Below are positions 29,427-40,717 of a DNA stretch of 64,000 bases, piece after piece. A model generated the notes under the pieces. The model saw nothing but the letters and a program-made list of their open reading frames with translations. It made no database searches and was not told the DNA's origin. The stretch's first letter is position 1. Each line of letters starts with the position of its first letter. Position numbers and translations under genes: made by a program. This DNA is from Ministeria vibrans ATCC 50519 (taxonomy: Eukaryota; Protista; Filasterea): assembly GCA_943704425.1 (NCBI GenBank), contig CALSCP010002018.1, positions 38,190 through 102,189 on the forward strand, written 5' to 3'.

Positions 29427-30802
29427 TTTTTTGTTGGTATCGTTATCACTACGTCGACAAGAGCTGAACGACCAAGTGCAGAAATACACCTCTCTTTAAT
29501 AAACCAAGCAGGCGACGAAGAAAATGTCGCGGCGTGATGGATATAGAACTGGAGTTAGTCTGTTACTGACTAATCCCAAAAAACCTCAAGGACTGAGAAA
29601 AACACCCGCGTGGCAGGGTGCGTAGCGCCCCAAATGAAAGGAAACACAAGACAGGTGGGTGGGGTGGGGGGGATCGCGCGGGCGGCAGTTGCGGAGAGTG
29701 CGCTGGCGACACCCATAATTGGTGAAACAAACGCCAAAGTCGAAAAGACATTTTGCGAAAACTGCGCGAGTTCTTTAATCGAAGCTAGTTCCAACAAAAA
29801 GCAATTTTGGTAGAGTTGACAACGCGACTTATATGAAGCCGAGGAGACCGTGATTCCCAAGACTCGTTACTGGAACTAAGAAAAAGCCCATTGGGTGGGA
29901 CCCGTTGGGTGTGCGTGCACAATCACCGCTGTTTTCATGTGAAAGGATGCATTGTACAAAACGGAAGCCCACATTATTATTTAATTGTTATTATTGTTCA
30001 TTTTTTTAATGTTTTTGTTTTAATGTTTCACAGTTTTTACTTTTTTATCTTGAAGTCAGTTGAGGTCTTGTCTCAGTTAGCTGTCTGTCTGTCTAGACTG
30101 TCTTACCTCGTGCTTCTTACTTGTATAATTTTAATTAAATTTATGTTAATTTTCTTAGTACTTTTTATCACGAAAAACTCACTATTGTGTATGCTTCCTG
30201 CGAGAGCGTATCAGTGGGTCTACCGTCTATCATCCATATAAGTATTCCCTCACTGCCTCAGTAGTCAGTGCCTCTCACACTATTGTGAGCGTCCCGCAGG
30301 TGATCGTGGATGCGGATGAATCTAAAGGTCGTTGTGAGTCGCAGGTCGAGAAAAAACTAAGAATAATAATAATAATAATTATAGGTTTAAGTCGCACAGT
30401 TACGGGCGACACTATTTCTCGCGTGTACCATATTCAACTTTTTGAATTTTGAGGGTTAGTGTCGATCACGATTCAAACAGCACGCACAACCGGAGCGCGC
30501 GGCACACATGCGCTATGTCCATATCCGCGTTAGTGAATATAGTGATCTGTGATACGCTACAAGTAGTTGCCTTATTTGCCTATTGAGTATTGGGAGTTCC
30601 ATTTTCTAAATTTCTTGGGGCCAGCCTAATAAATTATAAATACATAATTATGGGTAATTTGTATTAGTTATTACTCTTCATTGTATTAATTAATACATTA
30701 TTAATTTTCATGTCTGAGTAAAAATTAAAAAAAAATAATAATCATTTTTAAATTTATTTTACTTTATACGTCTTTATAAATATTAACCTTTAACACACAA
30801 CA

Positions 30803-31322
30803 ATGGCCACTTCTTACGACGATGACAACATTTTCGCCAAGATTATCCGTGGCGACATTCCATCTCACAAAGTGTTTGAGAATGACACTGTCCTCGCCAT
30901 CCTCGACGCCTTCCCCGTACCGCCACACGCCTGCTGGCACAGTGTGTTCTCTCTGCGACACTGACTTCTTGCTCCTGCTGCTGTCGTCGTACTCTGTGTA
31001 GGCGGCAAAAGGACACACTCTGGTGATTCCAAAGGCCAAAGCCGTCACTGTGGACCAACTCACGGCCGAACAGGCAGCCGATCTCTTCTCGCACGTCCCG
31101 CGCATTGCCAAGGCGGTCGTCGCCGCAACAGGATGCGCTGGCTACAACCTGATCCAGAACAACGGCAAAGTGGCTGGCCAGGAAGTGCCTCACGTCCACA
31201 TCCACATTGTGCCCAGAGACGAAGATGACGGCAAGCGCTTCGTGTTCGAGTCTGCGAAGTCTATGATCGACGTGGACGCTGCCAAGGCACTCGTGGCCCA
31301 TATTCAATCCAATTTGCAGTAA
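30803..31322 (+). CDS. HINT: HIT-family nucleotide-binding protein (HINT/Hnt1 type)
   Basis: Exons 30803-30916 and 31002-31322. NIFAKIIRGDIPSHKVFE, GHTLVIPK, NNG..AGQEVPHVHIHIVPR (histidine triad). Confidence 0.95.
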
Positions 31323-31359
31323 AAAATTGTGTTTATAATTATATTATTTTATATTGTCG

Positions 31360-32322
31360 ATGTCGCTGGACGACTTCACGCGAGATGTAGAGCAAGTCCT
31401 TCGGGAAGCACTCAACAACGACGACAGCGACGCCGATCGTGTACAGCTTGCCAATGCGCTGTTGCTGCTCGACTCCCCAGCGCCGTCGTCGAATGGCACT
31501 CCGTCGTGTCCTTGCTCGACCGACGCCACGACGGCCCCTGGCCCATCAACCACCTCCTCCACCTCCTCCACCACCGCGCCCAGCAGCCCATCAGCGCCGA
31601 ACAGCCCTCGGCAATACTCCTCTGCGGATCTATCCGATGTGCTCACTGGTGTTGCATCAGCACCGCTCGCCAAAACACTCGCGACCCTCCTGTACCTCTG
31701 GTCGCGATTCGGCCAGTGCCCGGTTTTGATGCAAAGGCGTCTCCTTGCCACTCCTGCTCTACTCGCAGAGACGCTGACTGACGATGAGATCAACGAAGAT
31801 TTTCAACCTGCGTCGCAATTGCTCGAGAGCGCTCTGGGCATGGGCCCCCAGCGCACGCACGCGATTGCCGCACTCATCTTTGATGCTCTCTCAACTCGAC
31901 GGATTGCGTCACTCTTGGGAGTTCGGCGAACTGTGGCGACTCTCACCCATCGTCTCCCACCTCCCCTGCAAGTGTGTCTTGCCTCCTTCCAGGCGCTTCA
32001 CCGTCCCGACACAAAGGCCACACTGACAGTTGGCGCTCGTGCGCTTGCTAAACACTGTCATCGCGACGTGTCGGATGCCTGGTGGGGACCCGAACTCAAG
32101 GGAGGCGAGGCTGCGCGCAACGAACGTGCTCTCGCGACGGTCAAGCGCATCCTCCGAGAGGCGGTCTGGCAAAACATTCACGCAATTGTACACGGCGTCG
32201 AGCTCTACGAGGTACGCGTTGCCACAGGCTATGGTGCTCGCTGGTTGGCCGACGGCTCCCAGTTTCGCGGGTTCCTTGAGCCGCAATTGGAGGATGGCCA
32301 TGAGCGAGGATGGAGGCACTGA
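31360..32322 (+). CDS. Uncharacterised protein homologous to the non-ASCH parts of plant 'RNA-binding ASCH domain' proteins; polymorphic-toxin-like C-terminal domain
   Basis: Single 320 aa ORF ending LTVGARALAKH...N...IL...WQNIH...YEVRVATGYGARWLADGSQFRGFLEPQLEDGHERGWRH. Confidence 0.8.
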   Translation: MSLDDFTRDVEQVLREALNNDDSDADRVQLANALLLLDSPAPSSNGTPSCPCSTDATTAPGPSTTSSTSSTTAPSSPSAPNSPRQYSSADLSDVLTGVASAPLAKTLATLLYLWSRFGQCPVLMQRRLLATPALLAETLTDDEINEDFQPASQLLESALGMGPQRTHAIAALIFDALSTRRIASLLGVRRTVATLTHRLPPPLQVCLASFQALHRPDTKATLTVGARALAKHCHRDVSDAWWGPELKGGEAARNERALATVKRILREAVWQNIHAIVHGVELYEVRVATGYGARWLADGSQFRGFLEPQLEDGHERGWRH

Positions 32323-32599
32323 CCCATCCCTGACCCAGCACAGGGGGTAGATTGGCAGATTTTATCTCTGATCAGAGCTGTCTGGGCCACTCGCTCCGGG
32401 GCACTCTGGACAAGCGGTACAGCGCCCTGGCCCCTGGGGCATTTAATATTGAATAAAGTTCAAAAAGTAGACGTAGAATTTCTAGTCGACTAGAAGGGAT
32501 GCCCACTGCAGTCAATTAATGTCAATTTTTCATTTCAAAATCCTTTCAATTAAATCAATTTGCCACCGTGCGCTTCTCGTCTTTTTCAGAGTCCAGTCC

Positions 32600-33989
32600 A
32601 TGAGTCTCACGCGCAATCGCATTCCGTCCTTCGACACACTGCGCGTGGTGTTCTGCCTCCAAGTCGTTCTGTACCATGCCATGTTCCTGTTTGCCAGTGG
32701 CCCTATCGTCTTACCAGGATGGCTGGTATACACCCCTCTCGGGATCCTTGTCAATGGCATGGCCTCAGTCGGCGGCTTCTTCGTCCTCAGCGGATTTCTT
32801 CTGAGTTACCGTGAATTTGAGACAGGCACGACAGAGCTGCAGCTCGAACACTCTCGCTCGTTGGCGTCCAAGGCGATCCGACGCCTCCCACGCCTCCTCG
32901 TCCCCTCCATCATCCTCACGCTGCCCAACCTCTTCCTGGTCCATCTGGGCATCATCAGACCCATCCGCCGTGACTTCTCTCTGTACGGTTCCATCTCGTC
33001 CGGCGACATTGCCATCTGTCTGCTCCAGGAGATGCAGCTGACGGGGTGCTACATCAACGGCGTGACCTGGACGATTGGCATTGAAACAACCATGTCCTTT
33101 GGCGTCTTCCTCGTCATGTTTGTCTATCAAGTACAACCGCGCCTGTCGACCTTTGCTCTTTCAACCGCAATGCTCATCTTTTTTCACTACGACACCGACC
33201 GCATGTATTTCATTGCCGGCATGGTCGCTGCCTACATCCGGCACGTCTATCCTGGCCTGCGCGAGCGTTTTGAAAGGCTATCCACGCTTCCGCGCGCACT
33301 TCTTTGGTGTCTTGGTCTCACCCTGTTCCAAGGTGTCCTTCTCACATCGGGCGGACACACTGACGTGGTGAGGTTCAGCAACATGCAGCTGTACACCTGC
33401 ATCCCGGGAATAATAATCATTCTCTTCCTCTCCGATGTGTCGCCTGAGCTCTCGCGTATCGGCGCAAGTCCACTCACCGGTCGCATTGCCTCCTCTACCT
33501 TTCCGGCCTATCTAATTCACATATTCATCAATGTGAGTGTGAAGCACCTCACTCAAGAGGTGCTCCCCAGGTGGCTTATCATATTCCTCTGCGTGAGTTT
33601 AACCTTCGTCCTTGGCTACATTCTCGATCGCATCTTAGTCGTGCCGCTCGTCAAGAAAATGTCAGATGCTACTCTCTGGCTTTGTTTTGACGGTCCCAAA
33701 AGTGACAATCCCTGGCTCGCACAGCAATACGAGCAACAGTCAGTGGCCAGAACAGTGACCAGATCAGCGGTCAGCAGATCAGCTAAGTACGGAGTACTAC
33801 ACCTTCTTTTTTAAAAAACAATATAATAATAATTATAATACTCCTTTTAGCACTGATGATGATTTTATCATGATGACGCGACTGCCTGCCGACACTGCCA
33901 GTCTGATGCGCGATGAGAGGAGTGACACTGGGCTCGATACAGACAGCAGAATTGGTAGCAACCATGATGTGCGCGGGGAGGGCGAGTGA
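32600..33989 (+). CDS. Acyltransferase 3 (OafA/YrhL-like) multi-pass O-acyltransferase
   Basis: RIPSFDTLR...VVLYH, VGGFFVLSGFLL, RRLPRL, NGVTWTIGIE, plus many hydrophobic segments. A probable intron at 33787-33850 adds an acidic tail exon ending 33989; the unspliced ORF ends at 33814. Confidence 0.88.
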
Positions 33990-34105
33990 CGCGGTGACAT
34001 CATTTCGTTCGAAGGAATGTAATAAATATTCAGAATCGTAAATGATTGATATTGATTGATGCGACTTCCATTTTCCGGGGTTTGCAGTTTTAAAACTTAA
34101 TAATA

Positions 34106-34135
34106 ACATTACTATTATTATTATCGTTATTATTA

Positions 34136-34207
<72 letters not shown>

Positions 34208-34230
34208 TATTATTATTAATAATAATTATT
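34106..34230. repeat. (TTA)n microsatellite between convergent genes
   Basis: Directly visible. Confidence 0.95.
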
Positions 34231-34355
34231 TATAATATTAAAATATTTTTTAATATTTTTATGCTTATTAGTATTGTTTTTATTCAAGTTCTACAACTGT
34301 ACAGGATTACACAATAATAAGAGTAATAATCATTATATACTACTGTGACAGTGCA

Positions 34356-37300
34356 CTACGATGTGTCCCAAACGCATATCTTGCCGTCGGCGGAACCAGT
34401 TGCGAGACGACGAGCACTGTCAAAAACACACATGGCCTGTAGGGTCGTCGTGTGGCCCACTAGCTCTTTGACGAGCTCGTGTGAGCGCGACATAAACACG
34501 TAGAGGGAGCCGTTGGCAGCGCCAGCAAAGACACGGCCGCGAGACGCCGCAAGGGCGTGGAAGCCGCGCACTTCGAGGGACCAGTGACGCAGCAACCGCT
34601 CCGCGTCCGTCGTCACAATCACAAGCGTCCCGTGTGCATACGAGCCCGTCCACACTTCGCTACTGCCCGCTTGCGCAATGAGAGTCGTCGGCAGTAGCGA
34701 CTCGGCAACCGTCTGTGTCACAATGCGCATGCGCGGGTCAAAACACACAATACCCAGGTCCGTCCCGCACCAGATCAGCTGCTCGCGCTTGGTCGCTACG
34801 ACGGTCATGCAGAAGAGTCGCTTCACTTCGGGTAGCGATACCAACCTGCCCTGTTGTGTGTTCGTCGCGGGCGACCACTCGTACAGACGCCCCTGATGGT
34901 CACCCGTCCACATACTGTCGCCAAACGCCACAATAGCCACGACAGGCGCCAGATGCTGGTCCAGCAGCGTCACGGTACGTCGCGTCTGCATGTTCACCAC
35001 AGTCACCCGGCCGTCCGCTAAGCACACCCAAATGTTGCCCATGGCTGGTGCCACAGCCGCACACGAGACGGCCGCTGCGCTTGTTGTCGCCACCATAAGC
35101 TCAGCGTCGCATCGCCACTTGTGTGCATCCAACACTGACAGGCTCCCCTGACTCATGCCTACCCACACCTTGCCGCCGTGATACACCATATTGTTCACCC
35201 CTTGACCCTGAGAGTCACGCGACAGCGGCTCCACTCGCTCAATGAGGCTCTCAATGGTCGATGTGGGCAGTCCCTTGAAGGCGCTTCGTGTCTTGCTGTA
35301 CAGTAGGAGTGGCTGTCCGCTGCGCTGACGCATCCGATTCACAGTCTCCGCCAGTCGCACATTGTTTGCCGCGCGCTCCTGTGCCTGCTTGTCCTTGTTG
35401 CCGCGTCGCACACGATGGCCGGCCACCATTTCACTGAGGCACTCAAAAAATCGGTCGCGTCCGCTCGCAAACAACATTGTCAGCACTGCCGTGGTCACGT
35501 CGTCCGCAGCCGCATTCGTGGGCAGAGTTGCCGAGGAGGCTCCAGACGTGGCAGTGGCGATGGTGGTAGTGGTTGCACTGCTGCCGCTGCTGGTTAAAGT
35601 AGTGGTGGTAGCGGCACTGCTGTCGCTGCTGGTTGTGGTGATGCTGGCTGCAGTCATATCAGTACTCTCGGGCTCAGAAACTCTGCTTTCGGCTGTCACG
35701 GTTGAGCTGACACTGGAAACAGACTCGGTGTCGGCCGAACCAGTGTCGACTGCAGGCGCCGAGGCGGGACTGGCAAGGCGTGGCGACGCGGACGACGGCG
35801 AGGAAACGCGTGTGGAGGCGGCACGACGAAGAAGATTGCGTGATGAACCGGTGTGTGTCGAGGGTGGTGCTGTGTAGGCGGTGCCGTCGCGACGGAGCAA
35901 CTGAAGCATTGAGGAAGGACGGAGCTTGAGACCGTTGGCCAGGTGAACCGTGCTGCCCGAGGCTGACAACGACGAACGCACCAGCGGCGCGGGAGCGTGT
36001 GTCGACGTGGGCGAGGGCGAGTCGAGCACACTGCCGCCACTGCGTTGCCGACGGTGCGAAGTGGTGCCGTCCCACTGAGTGCTACTGTTACCACTGTTGC
36101 CACTGCTGCTGCTGCTGTCCGGAGGAGCTGCGTCGACGGGCACGTAGATACGAATGCTGGGCACACCCGGTGGAATAAGACGACGGTAGTTGGTTTTTTC
36201 GAGACGCAAAACGGCCGACAGTCGAAAGAGCTCGCGACACGTCTGCTTCTTGTCGGTGAGCAGGAGCACGCGATGCGTCGTTAGCACACATCGCCCAATG
36301 CCCACCGACGAGCGGCTCATTCCCGAAATCTTCAGAACAGTCTCGTCTGCCTCCAAGTCGATGGGCAGAGGAGATGTCGCCAGGGTGCACAGGTCGCTCC
36401 AGTTCTCAAGCAACACGTCAAACTCGGCGCGTGAAATGGTCGGCGCTGCATCGCCACTGCAAACACCATCACCGCCACGGGCGGCGCCATTTGCAACAAT
36501 GGTCGGTTGGACTTTTGTGGGACTGCCCTCTGTCTCGTCTGCGTCGCTGTCGAGTCCACAGAGTGCATCAAAAAGACGACCGGCGGTTGCAGCGCGCGTG
36601 GTGATGCCAAAGAGAATGGTGGCCTGAATAAAAGCACTGCGATCAAGTGAGTCGCCGTCGCCCAACAGCTGAAGCTTGTCAAATTGATCGTAGAGCAAGA
36701 CGGGATCAGTGAGATCCAGGCCAGTCAGGGTGCCGTTGCGGCCGCCAACGTTCGATAGTAGGGGCGTCGAGGCTTCTTGGGAGGCGCGTGGCGACGAGAG
36801 CGAAATGGACAACAAGCCGGCAAGACGCACAAGTGGTGTGGTGGTGGTCGAAAACGAGGGAGACGCAGCGGACGGAGGTGGCGAAGAGGTAGTGGCAGTA
36901 GAGATTGTGGCTGCTGATGCTGCTGCCTGACGAATGTCCGGGAGAGAAGTGCTGGGAAAGGAGGTGGACGATTGCGAGGAAGTAACGGAATCGTCGCGCT
37001 GGGCCAGTAGCGCATAAATAACGGAAGAGACAGACTTGCGCGGAAACACAAAGACATCCGTGTCCCAGACACGTTCAAAGTCCAACAGAGCTCCATCGAG
37101 ATCGCCCAATGCCGCCTTGACAGCGCCCATCAGTGCTCGCTCTTGCGCATCCAGGGAACGTCCCCGCGCCAGCTGAGCACTGTTGCCAGCGAGCAGAGGA
37201 GGACTCATGTTGAGCCCGCGGCCATGAAGAACGTCGCTTGAGACAGTGTGGTTGATGAGACGCAAAACGGGCGACGAGACGCGAGGCAACGACTGGTCAC

Positions 37301-40300
37301 CGGCATCAGCTGGTGTGGCTGCCGCTGCAACTACCGCTGCTGCTGATGCTGCTGCTGCAGCAGCAGAGCTGGGTGTGGGTGTCTCTGAGCCGGATCCACG
37401 AGTGATGGTGGACACCGAGTGTATTCGATCAACATCCGAGTGTGACAGACTACGCGTGCGCGTCTCGTCCGCGTCCGTGTCGGCAAAGATGTCATCGTCG
37501 TCGGGGTCAAAGACGGAGCGATTGCGATAGGGTGTGAGGGGCTCAGTGGGTGATCCGTGGGTCTCCTTGATGAGACTGTCGAGTCGTCCCGACTCGCCCG
37601 TGTGCTCAATGCGCTGAAGTAGGGCAATGGTTTCGCGCAGGAACACAGCGATGCCATCGGGAGTGCGTGGGAGAGGCGGCAAAAAGATGAGGTGGTCCGG
37701 GTCTATATCGTTGGCGGTGCGGAAAAGAGTAAAGGGCCCGCAGACGGGCAGACCCATGACATGACCGGACGGGTCAATCACGCCAATAACACTGCTACCA
37801 CTTGCCATGTCCACCGAGCCCGCCATGTGGTAGCGCGATGCAGACACACTAAAAGCGCTGCTCATGTCACGGGTGGTGCCGTGCAGCGACGATACACCTG
37901 TGGTGGTTGCGGTGCTGCTGGCGTCGTCGTCAACATCGTCAACGGCACTGCGTCCCACCAAGTTTGTCATGGGAAGAGGCGAGTGGCTGGACGACTGGCG
38001 CGAAGAAATAGTGGTGCCTGGTCGCGATGTGCCCATACTGCTGGTGGGCGTCAAGGGTGCACTCGTGTTCGTGGGGCGAAGGCGTCGTGGTCGCTTCTGA
38101 GACTGACGCTTAAACAGCGGCGTGGCAAACTCCTTGAGACGCGACGTAAACAAAGCCCAGGAGCCCGAGCCAACGGCGGTGTGCGCGGCGGTGCCCTGTT
38201 CGCTAGCGCGCATCGTCTCGAGCACCGCGTCCGTACGTTCGTCAAAGTAGTCGCGGTCATGCGGTTGCATAATGCGTGCAACGTGGTCACGAAAAGCCAG
38301 CGATGCCGAAAGCATGCGAAAGAAGAGACGGTCTTCGTCGGGGCGTGAGGCAAGAAACTGCTCGCAGTCAAAGACCATGCGATCTAAACGAATATGATCG
38401 TGAACCTCGGCGAGCAAAATGACCATAGCGGAGAGGTAGGCTTCGCGCACGGACACTTCAAAGTGGGCGGCAGTGAGGCGCACGGAGGCAAGGTCGCCGC
38501 GCATGCCAAACTCGGCGCGATCGAGCGACGCGAGCTCGTGATGGAGCGGATGCTCGGCATACTGCACGTCAAGAATGTGCTGGACGCCGGCGGGCAGTTC
38601 GGGTGGGGTGGTGGCGCCATTGATGAAGTCGACGCTGGCGGTTGTCAGGTCAACGAGACACACACTCTGGACGTTGGCGACAATGTGAGCGCGATTAGAT
38701 GCGTGTGCGCCGATGAAAAAGACGCCGGGCGCATCGGCGTACTCGATGAGGTGTGTGGGCAGCACGGGGATGTACGAGCACTGCCAGTCGAGTGGGTGTA
38801 GCAGTGAAAGAAGACACTCGCAGGTGGTGGTGAGCAGCGCCCACGAGCGCGACAGCACAATAACGCGTGTCTCCGTGAGGAGGGCGCGAAAAAGCATTTC
38901 GACGTTGCGCTTGCCAAGGGCGAGAAACACATCGCGGACACTGGCATCGACGGTGGGTGCATGGTGAGCGCTGACGAGCGGGCGGCACAGAAGCGTCTCG
39001 CCGGCAAGAGAAAACTGTAGAATGCGCTGGCCGGGGGGCGGCATGGGAATATGTAGCAGCTGGATGGCAAGTTGGTGGAGCTCCTCGTGGAGCATGTCAA
39101 GCGAACGGCACTCAACAAAGGTGGGGCAGGCGGCGCGAAGTGCATCCGACAGGAGAGTTAGGTAAGGGCGAGGAGTGACACAACAGAAGCATACGGGCGC
39201 ATAGATAGGGCCCACCAAAGGCGGGGCGTCTGCGTGGGCGCACCATGCCGCGATGTCGCGCTCGGTCGCACTCGCAGCCTGATGGGACACGGTGCGACCC
39301 GCCGGCACAATACAGTGCGATGTGGTGAGAACAATGCAGTAGTTGCGTTGGCCTAGATGGTCCGTGACAACAAACGAATGCAGTCGACTCTCGGCAACCC
39401 TACATCAAAACAGATGAGAAGAAGGCATATGCATATAGAGAGGTTCTGAGTGACTATGCAAAAGGAGGGAGAGAGAAACAAAAACAAAGAACAAAGAAGG
39501 GAGAGAAACAAAGAAGGGAGAGAGAAACCAGAGAGAGACAAAGCGATAGAAAGAGAGAACGCGCGAGAAGGAAGTGGGACAATATAGAATGCCGGTCGTG
39601 CTGATTACGTGGGTCGGGTTCGGGTGAGGTAGGCGCCGTCCGGAAGTGAGAAGACAGGTATATTGGGAAGAAACTATGCACAGAAGGTCGGTTTAATAAT
39701 AGTCGAGCGACATGACCTGCTACCTGTAGGATAGAGAGTGAGCTGTTGTCTTGGCGCCCTGACGGACCCGACTGGGATCCCTTTGACATGTGTCGTGTGT
39801 TTGAACGACGCAATGAGCCGCCTAGAAATACAATATTTGGACGAAGTGAGTGTGTGCCTGGTCGCAGGCCGCCAAGCCGATGGGGGCGCGTGTGCGTACC
39901 CGTGAAGACATGCATGACGCGTGATGTGAAGGGCGTGTCAAAGAGCGGGCTGGCCGGGCCAGTGTCCTCCTGAATGGGCGAGAGTCCTGCAGCGACAACA
40001 AATGGGAATGTGCGGTTAGATTGCGAGAAGAGAACGCCATCCTCGTCAAACCTGTCGTGTCGGTCAGGCCTAGCACAACGCATGCATCAACCAGGGACGC
40101 GTGGAAGGCTTGAAACCCAATTGGATCGGCATCGTCAATTCCTGTGCAGTGCATTAAACCAAAAAACATGAAAACAAGCCACGGTCAGACGGGAGCGTGA
40201 AACGAGGCCAGGGCGGGTCGTACGCGCGGCAGGCTCGCTCAAATACGACACTCTGCGGGGAGTCCGGACGAGGGTTGGGACAAGGACGTCGCCGGTGCGA

Positions 40301-40440
40301 CTGCTCGAGTAGGAGAGGGTTGAGCGACGCGGGACGGACGGGACGGGCAGGACGGGCGGGACGGGCGATGGCGGCGCCGACAGAGCCTCGTCGCCGGCAT
40401 CGTCCGCCTGCGAGGCTCTTGGTCGACCTGGGGACCTCAT
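34356..40440 (-). CDS. DENND3: DENN-domain Rab GEF with PH/GRAM-like and C-terminal WD40 domains (DENND3-like)
   Basis: uDENN SLVDACVVLGL and HSFVVTD..G.RNY; DENN core ALLTETRVIVLS...LLHPLDWQCSYIPVLP..L.EYADAPGVFFIG; GRCVLTTHRVLLL (GRAM/PH-like); WD40 tail ending LATGSADGKICVWD. Several short 5' exons. Confidence 0.85.
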
Positions 40441-40526
40441 GAGTGGCAAGTACAAGGAAATAAATGTGTAATAACTAAAGAACTGGAAGTCGACATTCTC
40501 CTTGACTGGTTCTCATAAATAAATTG

Positions 40527-40561
<35 letters not shown>

Positions 40562-40717
40562 GTAATACAATGAAGCGGCTCCTTAATTAGTAAGCTTTTT
40601 CACTTCATTTATTTATTCTTCTTTTGACATTGAGTACAGCTCTCGATTCTCTATTATTTATTTTTCTTATTCCTAAAATATATCTTGTATTGCAATTTAG
40701 TACAAAAAGAGCTTTAC

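Noticed and set aside
29500-30780. Longer intergenic region as a possible ncRNA or transposon
   Set aside because: No tRNA, snRNA or rRNA signature, terminal repeats or convincing ORF was seen; most likely promoter and UTR sequence of FAM210 and HINT.
32341-32436. CAGGGG...CCCCTG as terminal inverted repeats of a hAT-like MITE
   Set aside because: Only 6 bp match and there is no target-site duplication.
33853-33906. ATGATGA...CTGA as a C/D box snoRNA
   Set aside because: Too short, no terminal stem, and better explained as the last exon of the acyltransferase.
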